A stretch of 64,000 nt of DNA, taken from positions 1,952,001 through 2,016,000 of the forward strand of contig CBDCDS010000003.1 in the NCBI GenBank assembly GCA_965215365.1, read 5' to 3'. Numbering within the stretch: the first letter of the stretch is position 1; every line of letters starts with the position of its first letter. The translations under genes were made by a program, and so were the position numbers. This stretch comes from Gammaproteobacteria bacterium (lineage in GTDB: Bacteria > Pseudomonadota > Gammaproteobacteria > Eutrophobiales > Eutrophobiaceae). The notes under the pieces are model-generated. The model was not told the origin of the DNA, ran no database searches, and saw only the letters and a program-made list of their open reading frames with translations. Below are positions 11,796-21,872 of the stretch, piece after piece.

Positions 11796-13172
11796 GTGAG
11801 CGATTGCAATATCGAAAACCGCACTATCTTTTGCGATGACAACATTGATACTTTGCCAGGTATAAATTCGGCTTGTATCGATCTGATTTACCTTGATCCG
11901 CCGTTTAACAAAAACAAGAAATTTACCGCCCCCATCGGCTCCAGCGCCGAAGGTGCCAGTTTTAAGGACATTTTTCGTGAGGACGATTTGAAGGACGAAT
12001 GGTTGCTGACCATAGCCGAGGATGAACCCGACCTGTTTCATTACCTGAACGGGATTAAGGGTATAGGAAAGCCATACAACTTTGCTTATCTGTCCTATAT
12101 GGCTATTCGTTTGATTGAATGCCGGCGGATTTTGAAGCGGAGCGGGAGTGTTTATCTGCACTGCGACCCTACCATGTCGCACTACCTTAAAACGACAATG
12201 GATTGCATATTCGGGGAAAAGAATTTCAGGAATGAGGTCATCTGGTGTTACCGGGAGGCCATTAACTCATCAAAACGCTGGAACAGAAAGCACGATACGC
12301 TGCTTTTTTATTCAATGTCAGAGAAATGGACGTTTAATGCAGATGAAGTGCTACAGCCTCATTCAGAAGCAACAGTCAAAAAATATCATCTTGAAGATGA
12401 AAAGGGGAAATACCGGCTAATGGGCCGGGGCATTACCGGAAGCCCGATAAAATCCAAGCGTGATGTTGCACAGAACTGGGAAACCAATCACCCTGAATGG
12501 GTGTATCGTCAATACCTACGTAAAGGTACCTATCCGGTTGATTACTGGTTCATTGACGTTATCAACCAGAATGCAAAAGAACGCGTCGGCTACCCTACAC
12601 AAAAACCCCTTGCTTTACTGGAACGGATTATATCGGCATCCAGCAACGAGGGCGACACAATCCTTGATCCTTTTTGCGGCTGTGCCACTACTTGTGTCGC
12701 TGCGGAGCGGTTGGGGCGCAAGTGGATAGGGATTGACATATCCGTAAAGGCGTATGAGCTGGTCAGAGAGCGGCTGGGAAAAGAAACTGCCAGCATTTTA
12801 ACCGAGGATGTTGTTGTTGATCTGAAAACCGACCCGCCAAAGCGCACAGACCAGGCTCGGGATTACCGGGAACAAAAATACGTCTATGTCATCTCCCATC
12901 CGCATTACCCCGGAGAATACAAGGTAGGCATTGCCAGGAACTGGAAGTCACGATTAAATGCTTATCAGACTTCCGATCCGGACCGTCAATACAAACTCGA
13001 ATACAAGCTGGAAACGCCCTGGTTTCGGGAAACGGAAAAGCATATCCATGACACCTTTCCGAATAAACACGAGTGGGTGCAGGGGAAACTGGACGAAATA
13101 ACCGAAGCTATCAGGACGCACAAGCCCACCTGTGCAGATCGAAGCGCCGGATTTATTCACAAAAGCCAGTGA
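11796..13172 (+). CDS. N4/N6 DNA methyltransferase fused to a C-terminal GIY-YIG (T5orf172-like) domain
   Basis: IDLIYLDPPFN, YPTQKP, ILDPFCGCATT; C-terminal YVYVISHPHYPGEYKVG...RL..YQT...ETEKHIH. Confidence 0.85.
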   Translation: MSDCNIENRTIFCDDNIDTLPGINSACIDLIYLDPPFNKNKKFTAPIGSSAEGASFKDIFREDDLKDEWLLTIAEDEPDLFHYLNGIKGIGKPYNFAYLSYMAIRLIECRRILKRSGSVYLHCDPTMSHYLKTTMDCIFGEKNFRNEVIWCYREAINSSKRWNRKHDTLLFYSMSEKWTFNADEVLQPHSEATVKKYHLEDEKGKYRLMGRGITGSPIKSKRDVAQNWETNHPEWVYRQYLRKGTYPVDYWFIDVINQNAKERVGYPTQKPLALLERIISASSNEGDTILDPFCGCATTCVAAERLGRKWIGIDISVKAYELVRERLGKETASILTEDVVVDLKTDPPKRTDQARDYREQKYVYVISHPHYPGEYKVGIARNWKSRLNAYQTSDPDRQYKLEYKLETPWFRETEKHIHDTFPNKHEWVQGKLDEITEAIRTHKPTCADRSAGFIHKSQ

Positions 13173-13182
13173 GTTGTTATCA

Positions 13183-16100
13183 GTGAACGGAGCGCCCCTG
13201 CCATTCAATGAAAAGGGACACTTCCCCCATTGCTGTCTTTCACTCGACCTGGAAGTCGGTAAAAAGGACAAGCGTATCCATGCTTTTGCTGCGGTGCGTT
13301 CGGATACTGGTGAATCATTGGTTTATCCCGGAAACTCCCGGCGTGGAAACTTGCACAGGGCCTTGTCGAAGCTCGATGAGCTGGCAGTCGGAGCGGATTA
13401 TCTGCTAGGCCATAACCTGATTGAGTTTGACATTCCTCACTTGCGCGCCGCACAGTCGGACCTCAAGGTGTTGGAGTTGCCGCCGATCGACACATTACGC
13501 TTGAATCCCCTGGCGTTCCCTCGTAACCCCTATCATCGCTTGGTGAAACATTACCAGGACGGGCAACTGGTGCGGGACTATCGCAATGATCCGCTCCGGG
13601 ATGCGCAACTTGTCCTGGAATTATTTGACGATCAGTGCCGGGAGCTGCGGCAGCTGGACCGTGCCAACCCGGAGCTGTTGACTGTCTGGCCCTGGTTGAC
13701 GACGACCAAGGACAACAGCGCCGGCTTTGACGCGCTGTTCACTGAGCTGCGCTCATTATCTGTGCCTGCCGACATGCCGGCCCGCGCAGCGCTGGACAAA
13801 CTGCTGCAAGGCAACGCTTGTATCACATGCAGCCGTGAAATCATGGCTACTATCCGGCAGCAGTCCTGGTCGCTGGCTTACGCGTTGGCCTGGCTATCGG
13901 TTGCTGGCGGCAACTCGGTGATGCCGCCTTGGGTGCGTCACCAGTTCCCCGAAGCAGGGCGCTGGGTGCGGCGCCTGCGCGATCGTGCCTGCGCCGACCC
14001 TGCCTGTGCCTGGTGTCGGGAACAGCACGATGCCAAAAAGGAACTTAAACGCTACTTCGGTTTCAGCAATTTTCGGGAACAACCGGTCGATGTACAGGGT
14101 AAACCCATGCAGCAGTCTATCGTCGAGGCGGCGCTGGCGGGTGAGCATGTGCTGGGCATTCTGCCCACGGGCACCGGCAAGTCCCTGTGCTACCAGATTC
14201 CAGCTCTGTCCCGCTACGACAAGACCGGCGCCCTCACCGTAGTCATCTCACCCTTGGTGGCGCTGATGGCGGATCAGGTAACCGGGTTGGAGAAGTACGG
14301 AATCCATTGCAGCGTTGCAGTCAATGGATTGTTATCTCTCCCTGAGCGCAGTGATGCCCTGGACCGGGTGCGCCTGGGTGATGTCGGTATCTTACTCATC
14401 TCCCCGGAGCAGTTACGCAACCGTGCCGTGTGTCGGGCGCTGGCGCAGCGTGAGCTCGGCGCCTGGGTATTGGATGAAGCCCATTGCCTGTCGAAATGGG
14501 GACATGATTTTCGCCCCGATTACCGCTATGTGGCGCGTTTTATCCGCACGCGAGCAGGTGCGGAACCGACCCCGCCGTTGTTATGCCTGACTGCCACCGC
14601 CAAGCCGGAGGTGGTGGCGGACATAGCAGGGCATTTGCAGGAGCGGCTGGAAATCAGCATGAAGGTGTTTGACGGCGGTGCCCGACGTGACAACCTGGAG
14701 TTTGAAGTATTGCCTACCACCGGCGGAAAAAAGCATTCTGATGTGCACCAGATCGTCAGCGATAGCCTGACGCAGGACGCCGGCAGTGCCATCGTCTATT
14801 GCGCAAAGCGCAGAGACACGGAGGAACTTGCCGAATTTCTGGGCGTTAAGGAAGTTGCTGCGGACTACTTCCACGCGGGCCTGCAACCGGAAAGCAAGAA
14901 AGATGTGCAACAGCGTTTTACTGGCGGTGAGTCACGGGTAATTGTCGCCACCAATGCCTTCGGCATGGGTATCGACAAGCCGGATGTGCGTCTGGTTGTG
15001 CATGCCGATATCCCGGGTTCGCTGGAAAACTACCTGCAGGAAGCCGGGCGCGCCGGACGTGACCGGGAACCGGCGCGCTGTGTATTGTTTTATACACTGG
15101 AAGATGTGGAGCAGCAGTTCATGCTGTCGAGTCGGGCGCGACTTAATCGACGGGAAATTCACAGTATCCTGAGAGCCTTGCGACGACTGGATCGAAAAAA
15201 GTACGGACAAGGTGAAGTGGTGGCAACCGCCGGTGAGATCCTGTTGGATGAGGAAGACAAAGTATTCGAGCGGGATTCGGCCACCGATGATACCCGGGTG
15301 CGCACTGCTATCGCCTGGTTGGAAGAGGCACAACTGTTGTCCCGGGAGGAAAACCAGGTGCAGGTCTTTCCATCCTCTCTGCAGGTTAATTCAAAAGAGC
15401 AGGCACAGGCGCGAATTGATAAGAAGGTGGAGCGGGATGACTATCGTAAGCAGCTTATGCGTATTGTAGAGACCCTGCTGCAAGCTGACCCGGACGAGGG
15501 CATTTCCACGGACGAGTTAATTGGCGTTGCCGGTATGAATGCCGAGGGACTGCGCGCCGCATTGTACGATCTGGAGAAACTGGGGATTGCCAGCAATGAC
15601 ACGGCGTTAACCGCGTTTGTGCATGCCGGTCTGGAGCGTTCATCGGAAAAACGACTGAACGAGGCGATAGAGTTGGAGCGTGCGCTGATTGGGCATCTGC
15701 GGGAAGCCGCGCCGGATATGGGCAAGGGGGAGGCCTGGCCGCTGCACCTGCGCCGGCTCAACCAGCAACTCAAGGATGCCGGCCATGAACAGGCCTGGCC
15801 GGAACGATTGTTGCGTATCCTGCGCATCCTTGGCGCCGACGGGCGCAATGAAGACGGCAGTGGCAGAAGCCTGAGGCTACGCAAGCTAGATGCAGAGACG
15901 GTGCAAGTCACGCTGGAACGAGAATGGGCGGCGTTGGAAAAAACGGCTGAACGCCGCCGCGCCGCCGCCGCGTGTCTGCTGAAACACCTGCTTGACAGTC
16001 TGCCACCTGGCAGCCGTGGTCTCGACCGGTTGGCTGAGACAACCCTGGGCAAGCTGCTCAACACCCTCGACTCCGACATCATATTGAAGCAGGAAATGAA

Positions 16101-18351
16101 AAAACCCGATAAGCTGATGGAGCATGCTTTACTATGGCTGCATGAACTGGAGGTCATACGCCTGAACAAGGGGCTGGCGGTATTCCGTCCGGCCATGACC
16201 ATCCATCTGGCCAGGGGGGAGGAAGGCAAACGCGGCTTTCGCAACACCGACTACGCGCCACTCAAGGAACATTATCTGGGCCAGACGATACAGATTCACA
16301 TTATGAAAGCCTATGCGCAGTTGGGCTTGGAAGATATGAAAAAAGCGCTGGCTCTGGTGCTGGATTACTTCGAACGGAAGCAGGATGCTTTCCTGGATTA
16401 TTGGCTCCCTGATGCAGGCAAGGAAATCGGCCGACAAACCACGCCGGAATCCTGGCGTAATATCGTCGAATGCCTCAATAACCCCGTGCAACAAGGCATT
16501 GTTGCTGACGATCGGGAACGGACCCATGTGCTGGCGCTGGCCGGCCCCGGCTCTGGTAAGACGCGGGTGCTGGTGCACCGCATTGCTTACCTGTTGCGGG
16601 TCAGGCGCGAAAACCCGCGTGGCATCTTGGCGCTGGCTTACAACCGTCATGCCGCGGTCGAGATCCGCCAACGCCTCGCGGATTTGGTCGGCAATGACGC
16701 CCGGGGGGTACTGGTGCTTACCTGTCACGGCCTGGCAATGCGCTTGGTCGGGGCCAGTTTCAGCGAGCGTCCTGAGCGCCCGGGTGATGACGTTTTCAAG
16801 TCTCTGATGCGGGATGCCATAGCCTTGTTGCGCGGCGACGGGTTGGAGGCTGATGACGCGAATGAACAGCGCGCGCGACTGCTGGCCGGTTTTCGCTGGA
16901 TCCTGGTGGATGAGTACCAGGACATAGGCCAGGAAGAATATGATCTGATCACTACGCTTGCGGGACGTACTCTGCCGGACGAGGACGACAAGCTGACCCT
17001 GTTCGCAGTCGGCGATGACGACCAGAACATCTACACTTTCAAGGGTGCTTCGGTGAAATATATCCACCGTTTTGAGGAAGACTACAAAGCGAAGCCAGCC
17101 TATCTCACAGAGAATTATCGTTCCACTGCCCACATCATCAACGCCGCCAACGCCTTAGTCGAGCCGGCGCGTAACAGGATGAAAACCGGGCATCCTATCG
17201 AGATCAACAAGGCGCGGAGCAAACAACCCCAGGGCGGTAAGTGGAGTAAAATCGACCCGGTGAGCGAGGGCCGGGTGCAAATGCTGCCGGCCGGAGACAA
17301 CCCGGTATCCCAGGCACAGGCAGCCATATCGGAGTTGCAACGCCTTTCCAGTTGCACGCAGGATTGGGACTGGTCAAACTGTGCGGTCATTGCCCGTGAA
17401 TGGAAGTACCTGGACCCGGTGCGCGGACTCTGTGAGCACGAGGACATTCCGGTACAGTTGGGCAATGAAGAAACCCCGCATGTCTGGCATCTGCGGGAAA
17501 CCCGGGCTTGTGTGGAGTGGCTGAAGCAAGACAACAGGAAATTGGTAAAAATGTCTGCACTCGACGCTTGGCTGGACAACCGGCGGCAAACCTCCTGGGT
17601 CGAATTGCTGCGCGAGGCTGTAACTGTATATCAGCAGGAAATCGGGGCGGTAGAGGAGGCATCGGTTGAGCAGCTCATCGAATGGTTAGCGGAATGGGGC
17701 CGGCATGTACGACGGCGCCAGACCGGATTGTTGCTGCTCACCGCCCACAGCGCCAAAGGGTTGGAGTTCGAACACGTGGTGGTACTGGATGGAGGATGGG
17801 ACAAGCTTGACAGAAACAAGGAAGACTCGGACGCATCACGCAGACTGTACTACGTTGCCATGACGCGGGCGCAGCAAACCTTGTCCCTGTCAGGTTTCGA
17901 CCACATGTTTGGCAGGAAAGGCGATTTCAGGCAAGCACTCACAGAACATCCCTCGGTGCTGCGCCGTGAGCCCGCGCAACTGCCGCCACCCGTCCCGGAA
18001 CTCTATTACAATTACCGGAGGCCGAAACTTGATGAAATTGATATGGGCTTTGCCGGCCGCTACGGCGCAAACCACCGCCTGCATCATCACCTTGCCGCGC
18101 TTTATCCCGGCGCCCCCCTGCAAGCCTGCCAGAACGAACAAGGACGCTGGGAACTATTCGATCAACACGGCAACAGGGTGGGGCGCCTCGCACAAAAATT
18201 CGCCGCGCCACCCGGAACACGCTGCCGGTCCGCCAGGGTGTTTGCGATTATAACCCGCCGGCGGGAACAGTCGGGCGCCGATTATCAGGAGCGCATTAAA
18301 TGTGACGCCTGGGAGGTCATGATGCCAGAACTGGTTTTCGTCCCGGAATAG
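13183..18351 (+). CDS. Fusion of a DEDD-like exonuclease, a RecQ-type SF2 helicase and a UvrD-type SF1 helicase
   Basis: LDLE/GHN..FD/IDT/NDPLRD; PTGTGKSLCYQ, DEAH, WGHDFRPDY, QEAGRAGRD; AGPGSGKT, VDEYQD, VGDDDQNIY, ENYRS, HSAKGLEF, YVAMTRA. Start uncertain (13132 or 13183). Confidence 0.9.
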   Translation: MNGAPLPFNEKGHFPHCCLSLDLEVGKKDKRIHAFAAVRSDTGESLVYPGNSRRGNLHRALSKLDELAVGADYLLGHNLIEFDIPHLRAAQSDLKVLELPPIDTLRLNPLAFPRNPYHRLVKHYQDGQLVRDYRNDPLRDAQLVLELFDDQCRELRQLDRANPELLTVWPWLTTTKDNSAGFDALFTELRSLSVPADMPARAALDKLLQGNACITCSREIMATIRQQSWSLAYALAWLSVAGGNSVMPPWVRHQFPEAGRWVRRLRDRACADPACAWCREQHDAKKELKRYFGFSNFREQPVDVQGKPMQQSIVEAALAGEHVLGILPTGTGKSLCYQIPALSRYDKTGALTVVISPLVALMADQVTGLEKYGIHCSVAVNGLLSLPERSDALDRVRLGDVGILLISPEQLRNRAVCRALAQRELGAWVLDEAHCLSKWGHDFRPDYRYVARFIRTRAGAEPTPPLLCLTATAKPEVVADIAGHLQERLEISMKVFDGGARRDNLEFEVLPTTGGKKHSDVHQIVSDSLTQDAGSAIVYCAKRRDTEELAEFLGVKEVAADYFHAGLQPESKKDVQQRFTGGESRVIVATNAFGMGIDKPDVRLVVHADIPGSLENYLQEAGRAGRDREPARCVLFYTLEDVEQQFMLSSRARLNRREIHSILRALRRLDRKKYGQGEVVATAGEILLDEEDKVFERDSATDDTRVRTAIAWLEEAQLLSREENQVQVFPSSLQVNSKEQAQARIDKKVERDDYRKQLMRIVETLLQADPDEGISTDELIGVAGMNAEGLRAALYDLEKLGIASNDTALTAFVHAGLERSSEKRLNEAIELERALIGHLREAAPDMGKGEAWPLHLRRLNQQLKDAGHEQAWPERLLRILRILGADGRNEDGSGRSLRLRKLDAETVQVTLEREWAALEKTAERRRAAAACLLKHLLDSLPPGSRGLDRLAETTLGKLLNTLDSDIILKQEMKKPDKLMEHALLWLHELEVIRLNKGLAVFRPAMTIHLARGEEGKRGFRNTDYAPLKEHYLGQTIQIHIMKAYAQLGLEDMKKALALVLDYFERKQDAFLDYWLPDAGKEIGRQTTPESWRNIVECLNNPVQQGIVADDRERTHVLALAGPGSGKTRVLVHRIAYLLRVRRENPRGILALAYNRHAAVEIRQRLADLVGNDARGVLVLTCHGLAMRLVGASFSERPERPGDDVFKSLMRDAIALLRGDGLEADDANEQRARLLAGFRWILVDEYQDIGQEEYDLITTLAGRTLPDEDDKLTLFAVGDDDQNIYTFKGASVKYIHRFEEDYKAKPAYLTENYRSTAHIINAANALVEPARNRMKTGHPIEINKARSKQPQGGKWSKIDPVSEGRVQMLPAGDNPVSQAQAAISELQRLSSCTQDWDWSNCAVIAREWKYLDPVRGLCEHEDIPVQLGNEETPHVWHLRETRACVEWLKQDNRKLVKMSALDAWLDNRRQTSWVELLREAVTVYQQEIGAVEEASVEQLIEWLAEWGRHVRRRQTGLLLLTAHSAKGLEFEHVVVLDGGWDKLDRNKEDSDASRRLYYVAMTRAQQTLSLSGFDHMFGRKGDFRQALTEHPSVLRREPAQLPPPVPELYYNYRRPKLDEIDMGFAGRYGANHRLHHHLAALYPGAPLQACQNEQGRWELFDQHGNRVGRLAQKFAAPPGTRCRSARVFAIITRRREQSGADYQERIKCDAWEVMMPELVFVPE

Positions 18352-18354
18352 TTA

Positions 18355-18415
18355 ACCCACAGATCTCACCAAGTCGCTTGTTGCCTTATGAAACATGATG
18401 GCTCTCAATAAGTTA
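18355..18415 (-). mobile_element. MITE family A, right-end fragment
   Basis: ACCCACAGATCTCACCAAGTCGCTTGTTGCCTTATGAAACAT...; reverse complement of the copies at ~23357-23415 and 40044-40134. Confidence 0.75.
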
Positions 18416-18416
18416 T

Positions 18417-18460
18417 GGTAACCTCTAAAAATACCACGGAGGGTATTTTTAGAGGTTCCC
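18417..18460. repeat. MITE family B, 44-bp palindrome
   Basis: GGTAACCTCTAAAAATACC-ACGGAG-GGTATTTTTAGAGGTTCCC. Confidence 0.8.
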
Positions 18461-18529
18461 GTAAAATGGTTAGCCTGCTTTATGGTATGATGCCGGGTAG
18501 TGCAACCGACTGATTAGCAAAATATCCGA

Positions 18530-18793
18530 ATGTTCAAAGTAAAAATAGCCAGCACCGGTGAGGAAATTGCCGTCGCCGACGGCGTACGTATCGTCGATGC
18601 CCTGGGCGAGCATGGGATCATCATTCCGGTATCCTGTGAGCAGGGCATCTGCGGCACCTGCCTGACCGGCGTGCTGGAAGGCGAGCCGGAGCACCACGAC
18701 ATGTTTCAGACCGACGAAGAAAAAGCGGCCAACGACCAGATGACCCTGTGTTGCTCACGCTCCAAGAGTGACCTGCTGGTGCTGGATTTGTAA
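18530..18793 (+). CDS. Stand-alone 2Fe-2S ferredoxin (resembles the PDR/VanB C-terminal domain)
   Basis: SCEQGICGTC...GEPEHHD...CCSRSKSDLLVLDL. Confidence 0.85.
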   Translation: MFKVKIASTGEEIAVADGVRIVDALGEHGIIIPVSCEQGICGTCLTGVLEGEPEHHDMFQTDEEKAANDQMTLCCSRSKSDLLVLDL

Positions 18794-18854
18794 AAATTTC
18801 CGGTAGCCGGAGAGTTTCCCTGACAGTCGTACTGTTACGCCGGTTCGGCCTGCC

Positions 18855-19631
18855 TCAGGTCTTGATCCCCGTCCCCCGGTGCAGCAGGTACAGGCACAGG
18901 GATGACAGCAGTGTAATGAATAGCAGAATGATGAAGAACGCGTTGTGGATGCTGATGTCGGAGACGCCCAGGATGCCGTAGCGGAAGGCATTGACCATGT
19001 ACAGGATGGGGTTCGCCAGGGAGATGGATTGCCAGAAGTTCGGCAGCAGGTCGATGGAATAAAACACGCCGCCCAGATAGATCAGCGGGGTCAGTACGAA
19101 GGTCGGGACGATAGAGATGTCATCGAAGTTGCGGGCGAACATGCCGTTCAGAAAGCCACCCAGAGAAAACAGCACGGAGGTGAGAATGACGATGGCAACG
19201 ACAATAACCGGGCTGTGCAGTTGCGGCAGGCCGGTGAAGAACAGCGCCACGGCCGTCACAATGAAACCCACCAGCAACCCCCGGATGACCCCGCCGGACA
19301 CATAGCCGGCCAGGATCAGCCAGTTCGGGATGGGCGCAATGAGCATTTCCTCGACATGGCGCTGAAACCGAGCGCCGAAAAAGGAGGAGGAGACATTGGA
19401 GTAGGCATTGTTGATGATAGACATCATGATGATGCCGGGCGCGATGAACTCCATGTAGGAAAACCCGCCCATCACCCCGATGCGCGGGCCGATCAGGTTG
19501 CCGAAGATAACGAAATACAGCGCCATGCTGATCGCAGCCGGCAGGATAGTCTGCGACCAGATACGCATAAACCGGGTGATCTCCTTGATGATGATGGTGC
19601 GGTAAGCGATGAACAGCTGTTCAGCCGTCAT
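18855..19631 (-). CDS. yadH: ABC-2 type transporter permease (YadH-like)
   Basis: KEITRFMRIWSQTILP, NAYSNVSSSFF, TPLIYLGGVFYS. Confidence 0.85.
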   Translation of the reverse strand: MTAEQLFIAYRTIIIKEITRFMRIWSQTILPAAISMALYFVIFGNLIGPRIGVMGGFSYMEFIAPGIIMMSIINNAYSNVSSSFFGARFQRHVEEMLIAPIPNWLILAGYVSGGVIRGLLVGFIVTAVALFFTGLPQLHSPVIVVAIVILTSVLFSLGGFLNGMFARNFDDISIVPTFVLTPLIYLGGVFYSIDLLPNFWQSISLANPILYMVNAFRYGILGVSDISIHNAFFIILLFITLLSSLCLYLLHRGTGIKT

Positions 19632-20550
19632 GGTCGGCTCCGTTGTCATCGAGCAGGCGAATGAATAACTGCTCCAGCCGGTTGGCCTTGTTGCGCAGGC
19701 TCCTGACAATAATTTTATGTTCAGAGAGTATCTGGAACACCGCATTGGCATTCTGCGCGCGGTTGATCACCACCTCCAGGGTCATCGGGTCAATCCGGCG
19801 TATGTTCAGGGACGGCATCTCCGGCAGCCGTTCCAGCGGGCTGACCAGATCTAGGATAAACGTTTCCGAGTGCAACTGCGCCAACAGGTCTTTCTTATGG
19901 CCGTATTCAACGATGCAGCCCTTGTCGATGATGGCGATCTTTTCACACAGGCTCTCGGCCTCTTCCAGGTAATGAGTGGTGAGTACGATGGTGGTACCGT
20001 TGCGGTTAATCTCCTTCAGGAAATCCCAGGTGGCGCGGCGCAGTTCCACATCCACACCGGCAGTCGGCTCATCTAGCAACAGCAGTTTCGGTTCATGCAC
20101 CAGCGCCCGGGCAATCATCAGGCGGCGCTTGAGCCCGCCGGACAGGTTGCGCGAAATACTGTTGCGTCGTTCCCACAAGCCCAGTTGCCGCAGGTATCGC
20201 TCGGCCCGGCTCCGGGCTGTGTTCCGGTCTATCCCGTAGTATCCCGCCTGATTCAGCAGAATATTCAGACAGGTTTCAAATAAAGAGAAATTGACTTCCT
20301 GGGGGACGACACCAAGCCGGGCCTTGACCTCGGCGCTGTGGGTGGCGCTGTCCAGCCCGAAAATTTTTACACTGCCGGCGGTCCTGGTGACCAGCGCAGT
20401 GATGATACCGATGGTGGTGGACTTCCCGGCACCATTCGGTCCCAGCAATGCAAAGAAGTCTCCTTCAGCCACCGTCAGGTCAATGCCCTGCAAGGCCTCA
20501 AACCCGTTCTTGTAGGTTTTTTTAAGGTGGTTAATCTCCAGTGCTTTCAT
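19621..20550 (-). CDS. yadG: ABC transporter ATP-binding protein (YadG-like)
   Basis: GPNGAGKST, LSGGLKRR, LLDEPTAGVD, C-terminal NRLEQLF. Confidence 0.87.
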   Translation of the reverse strand: MKALEINHLKKTYKNGFEALQGIDLTVAEGDFFALLGPNGAGKSTTIGIITALVTRTAGSVKIFGLDSATHSAEVKARLGVVPQEVNFSLFETCLNILLNQAGYYGIDRNTARSRAERYLRQLGLWERRNSISRNLSGGLKRRLMIARALVHEPKLLLLDEPTAGVDVELRRATWDFLKEINRNGTTIVLTTHYLEEAESLCEKIAIIDKGCIVEYGHKKDLLAQLHSETFILDLVSPLERLPEMPSLNIRRIDPMTLEVVINRAQNANAVFQILSEHKIIVRSLRNKANRLEQLFIRLLDDNGADHDG

Positions 20551-20571
20551 GCGTTATTCGGCCTTACCTCC

Positions 20572-20952
20572 TTATTTGTTCTTGCCCTTGTAGGCGCGCA
20601 CGGCCGAATTAAACAGTTCGCCCGTTGAGGTCATCTCATCCACCATCTTGTTGTAGAACAGCAGGTTGATCTGCAGTTGCTCCTCGGTGGCCGTCTCTCC
20701 CCAACTGGCTCTGAGCTCATCTAAACATTTCAATACAGCTTCGCCGTTAGCGATATAGTCCTTGATGCCGCGCTGGGCCGCAATCATTTCCTCCTCACTG
20801 GACTTCAGCCCGTTCGGTATGGACGGCCGCTCCGGCATGGGACAGGTCTCAATCACCTCGGTGGACGCAGCTTCAGCTTGCGCCTGGACCGCTGGCACCG
20901 ATAATATGGCGAACATGACCGCGCAGGACACATACAATACTGGCGACTTCAT
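20572..20952 (-). CDS. Exported hypothetical protein
   Basis: Signal-peptide-like N-terminus; CPMPERPSIPNG...YN motif; CAGGAG RBS. Confidence 0.7.
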   Translation of the reverse strand: MKSPVLYVSCAVMFAILSVPAVQAQAEAASTEVIETCPMPERPSIPNGLKSSEEEMIAAQRGIKDYIANGEAVLKCLDELRASWGETATEEQLQINLLFYNKMVDEMTSTGELFNSAVRAYKGKNK

Positions 20953-21068
20953 GGGTATCTCCTGTGACAATAGGGTTTCAGGTTCGGGACCAACACAATG
21001 ACTTTTCCCGTTGGTAACTATCATACAGCATTTTCAAAGTATATCCTGTCTATGCTGTGGAATATTCA

Positions 21069-21689
21069 ATGAACAGTGTCCTGATACGGCGACTCGGCGT
21101 GCAGGAGTATCAGAACATCCATGACGCCATGGTAGCATTCACCGACCGGCGCGACCCGGACACGGCCGATGAAATCTGGTGTCTGGAACATAAACCGGTG
21201 TTCACCCTGGGGCTGGCCGGCAAGCCGGAGCACCTGCTGCGTCCGGGCACCATTCCGGTACACAAGACCGATCGGGGCGGGCAGGTTACCTATCACGGCC
21301 CCGGCCAACTGGTGGTTTACCCGTTACTTGACTTGAAACGTTCAGGTATTTCCATCAAGCGCTACGTCAACCGGCTGGAACAGGCAGTCATCGACTTCCT
21401 TGCGACTCTGGCCTTGACAGGGGAACGCCGCCGGGGGATGCCGGGCGTCTATCTGCACGGCCGCAAGCTCGCCGCGCTGGGCGTGCGGGTGAGAAAAGGC
21501 CGCTGCTACCATGGCCTGGCTTTGAACGTATGTATGGACTTGTCACCCTTCCAACGCATCAATCCCTGCGGCTATCCCGGGTTGGAGGTAACACAACTGG
21601 CAGATCAAGGCGTTAATTTGACGGTGTCTGAGGTGTTGGACAAATTTTTACCCTTCCTGCTGGACCTCCCTGCTGCTGAACCTTCCTGA
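21069..21689 (+). CDS. lipB: Octanoyltransferase LipB
   Basis: [33 protein letters not shown]. Confidence 0.96.
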   Translation: MNSVLIRRLGVQEYQNIHDAMVAFTDRRDPDTADEIWCLEHKPVFTLGLAGKPEHLLRPGTIPVHKTDRGGQVTYHGPGQLVVYPLLDLKRSGISIKRYVNRLEQAVIDFLATLALTGERRRGMPGVYLHGRKLAALGVRVRKGRCYHGLALNVCMDLSPFQRINPCGYPGLEVTQLADQGVNLTVSEVLDKFLPFLLDLPAAEPS

Positions 21690-21751
21690 CATTGGAAACC
21701 CCAATCCCGCGTTAGAAAGTCCAAGAATCGAAAAAGCCTTGTCTGTATAAT

Positions 21752-21872
21752 GGGCACCTCTAAACCTTCATGATCAGGGCGCTGCACACCCCGACAGTAT
21801 GTAAATCTGTAAAATTTACACAGCAAAATTTACACAGCAAAAATACCCTCCGTGGTACTTTTAGAGGTTCCC
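21752..21872. mobile_element. MITE family B copy
   Basis: GGGCACCTCTAAA...AAATACC-CTCCGT-GGTACTTTTAGAGGTTCCC; internal tandem AAAATTTACACAGC x2; last base overlaps the stop of the convergent gene. Confidence 0.7.

Noticed and set aside
18417-18460. Family B hairpins as integron attC sites
   Set aside because: The ends do not fit RYYYAAC/GTTRRRY, there is no cassette array, and no integron integrase is present.
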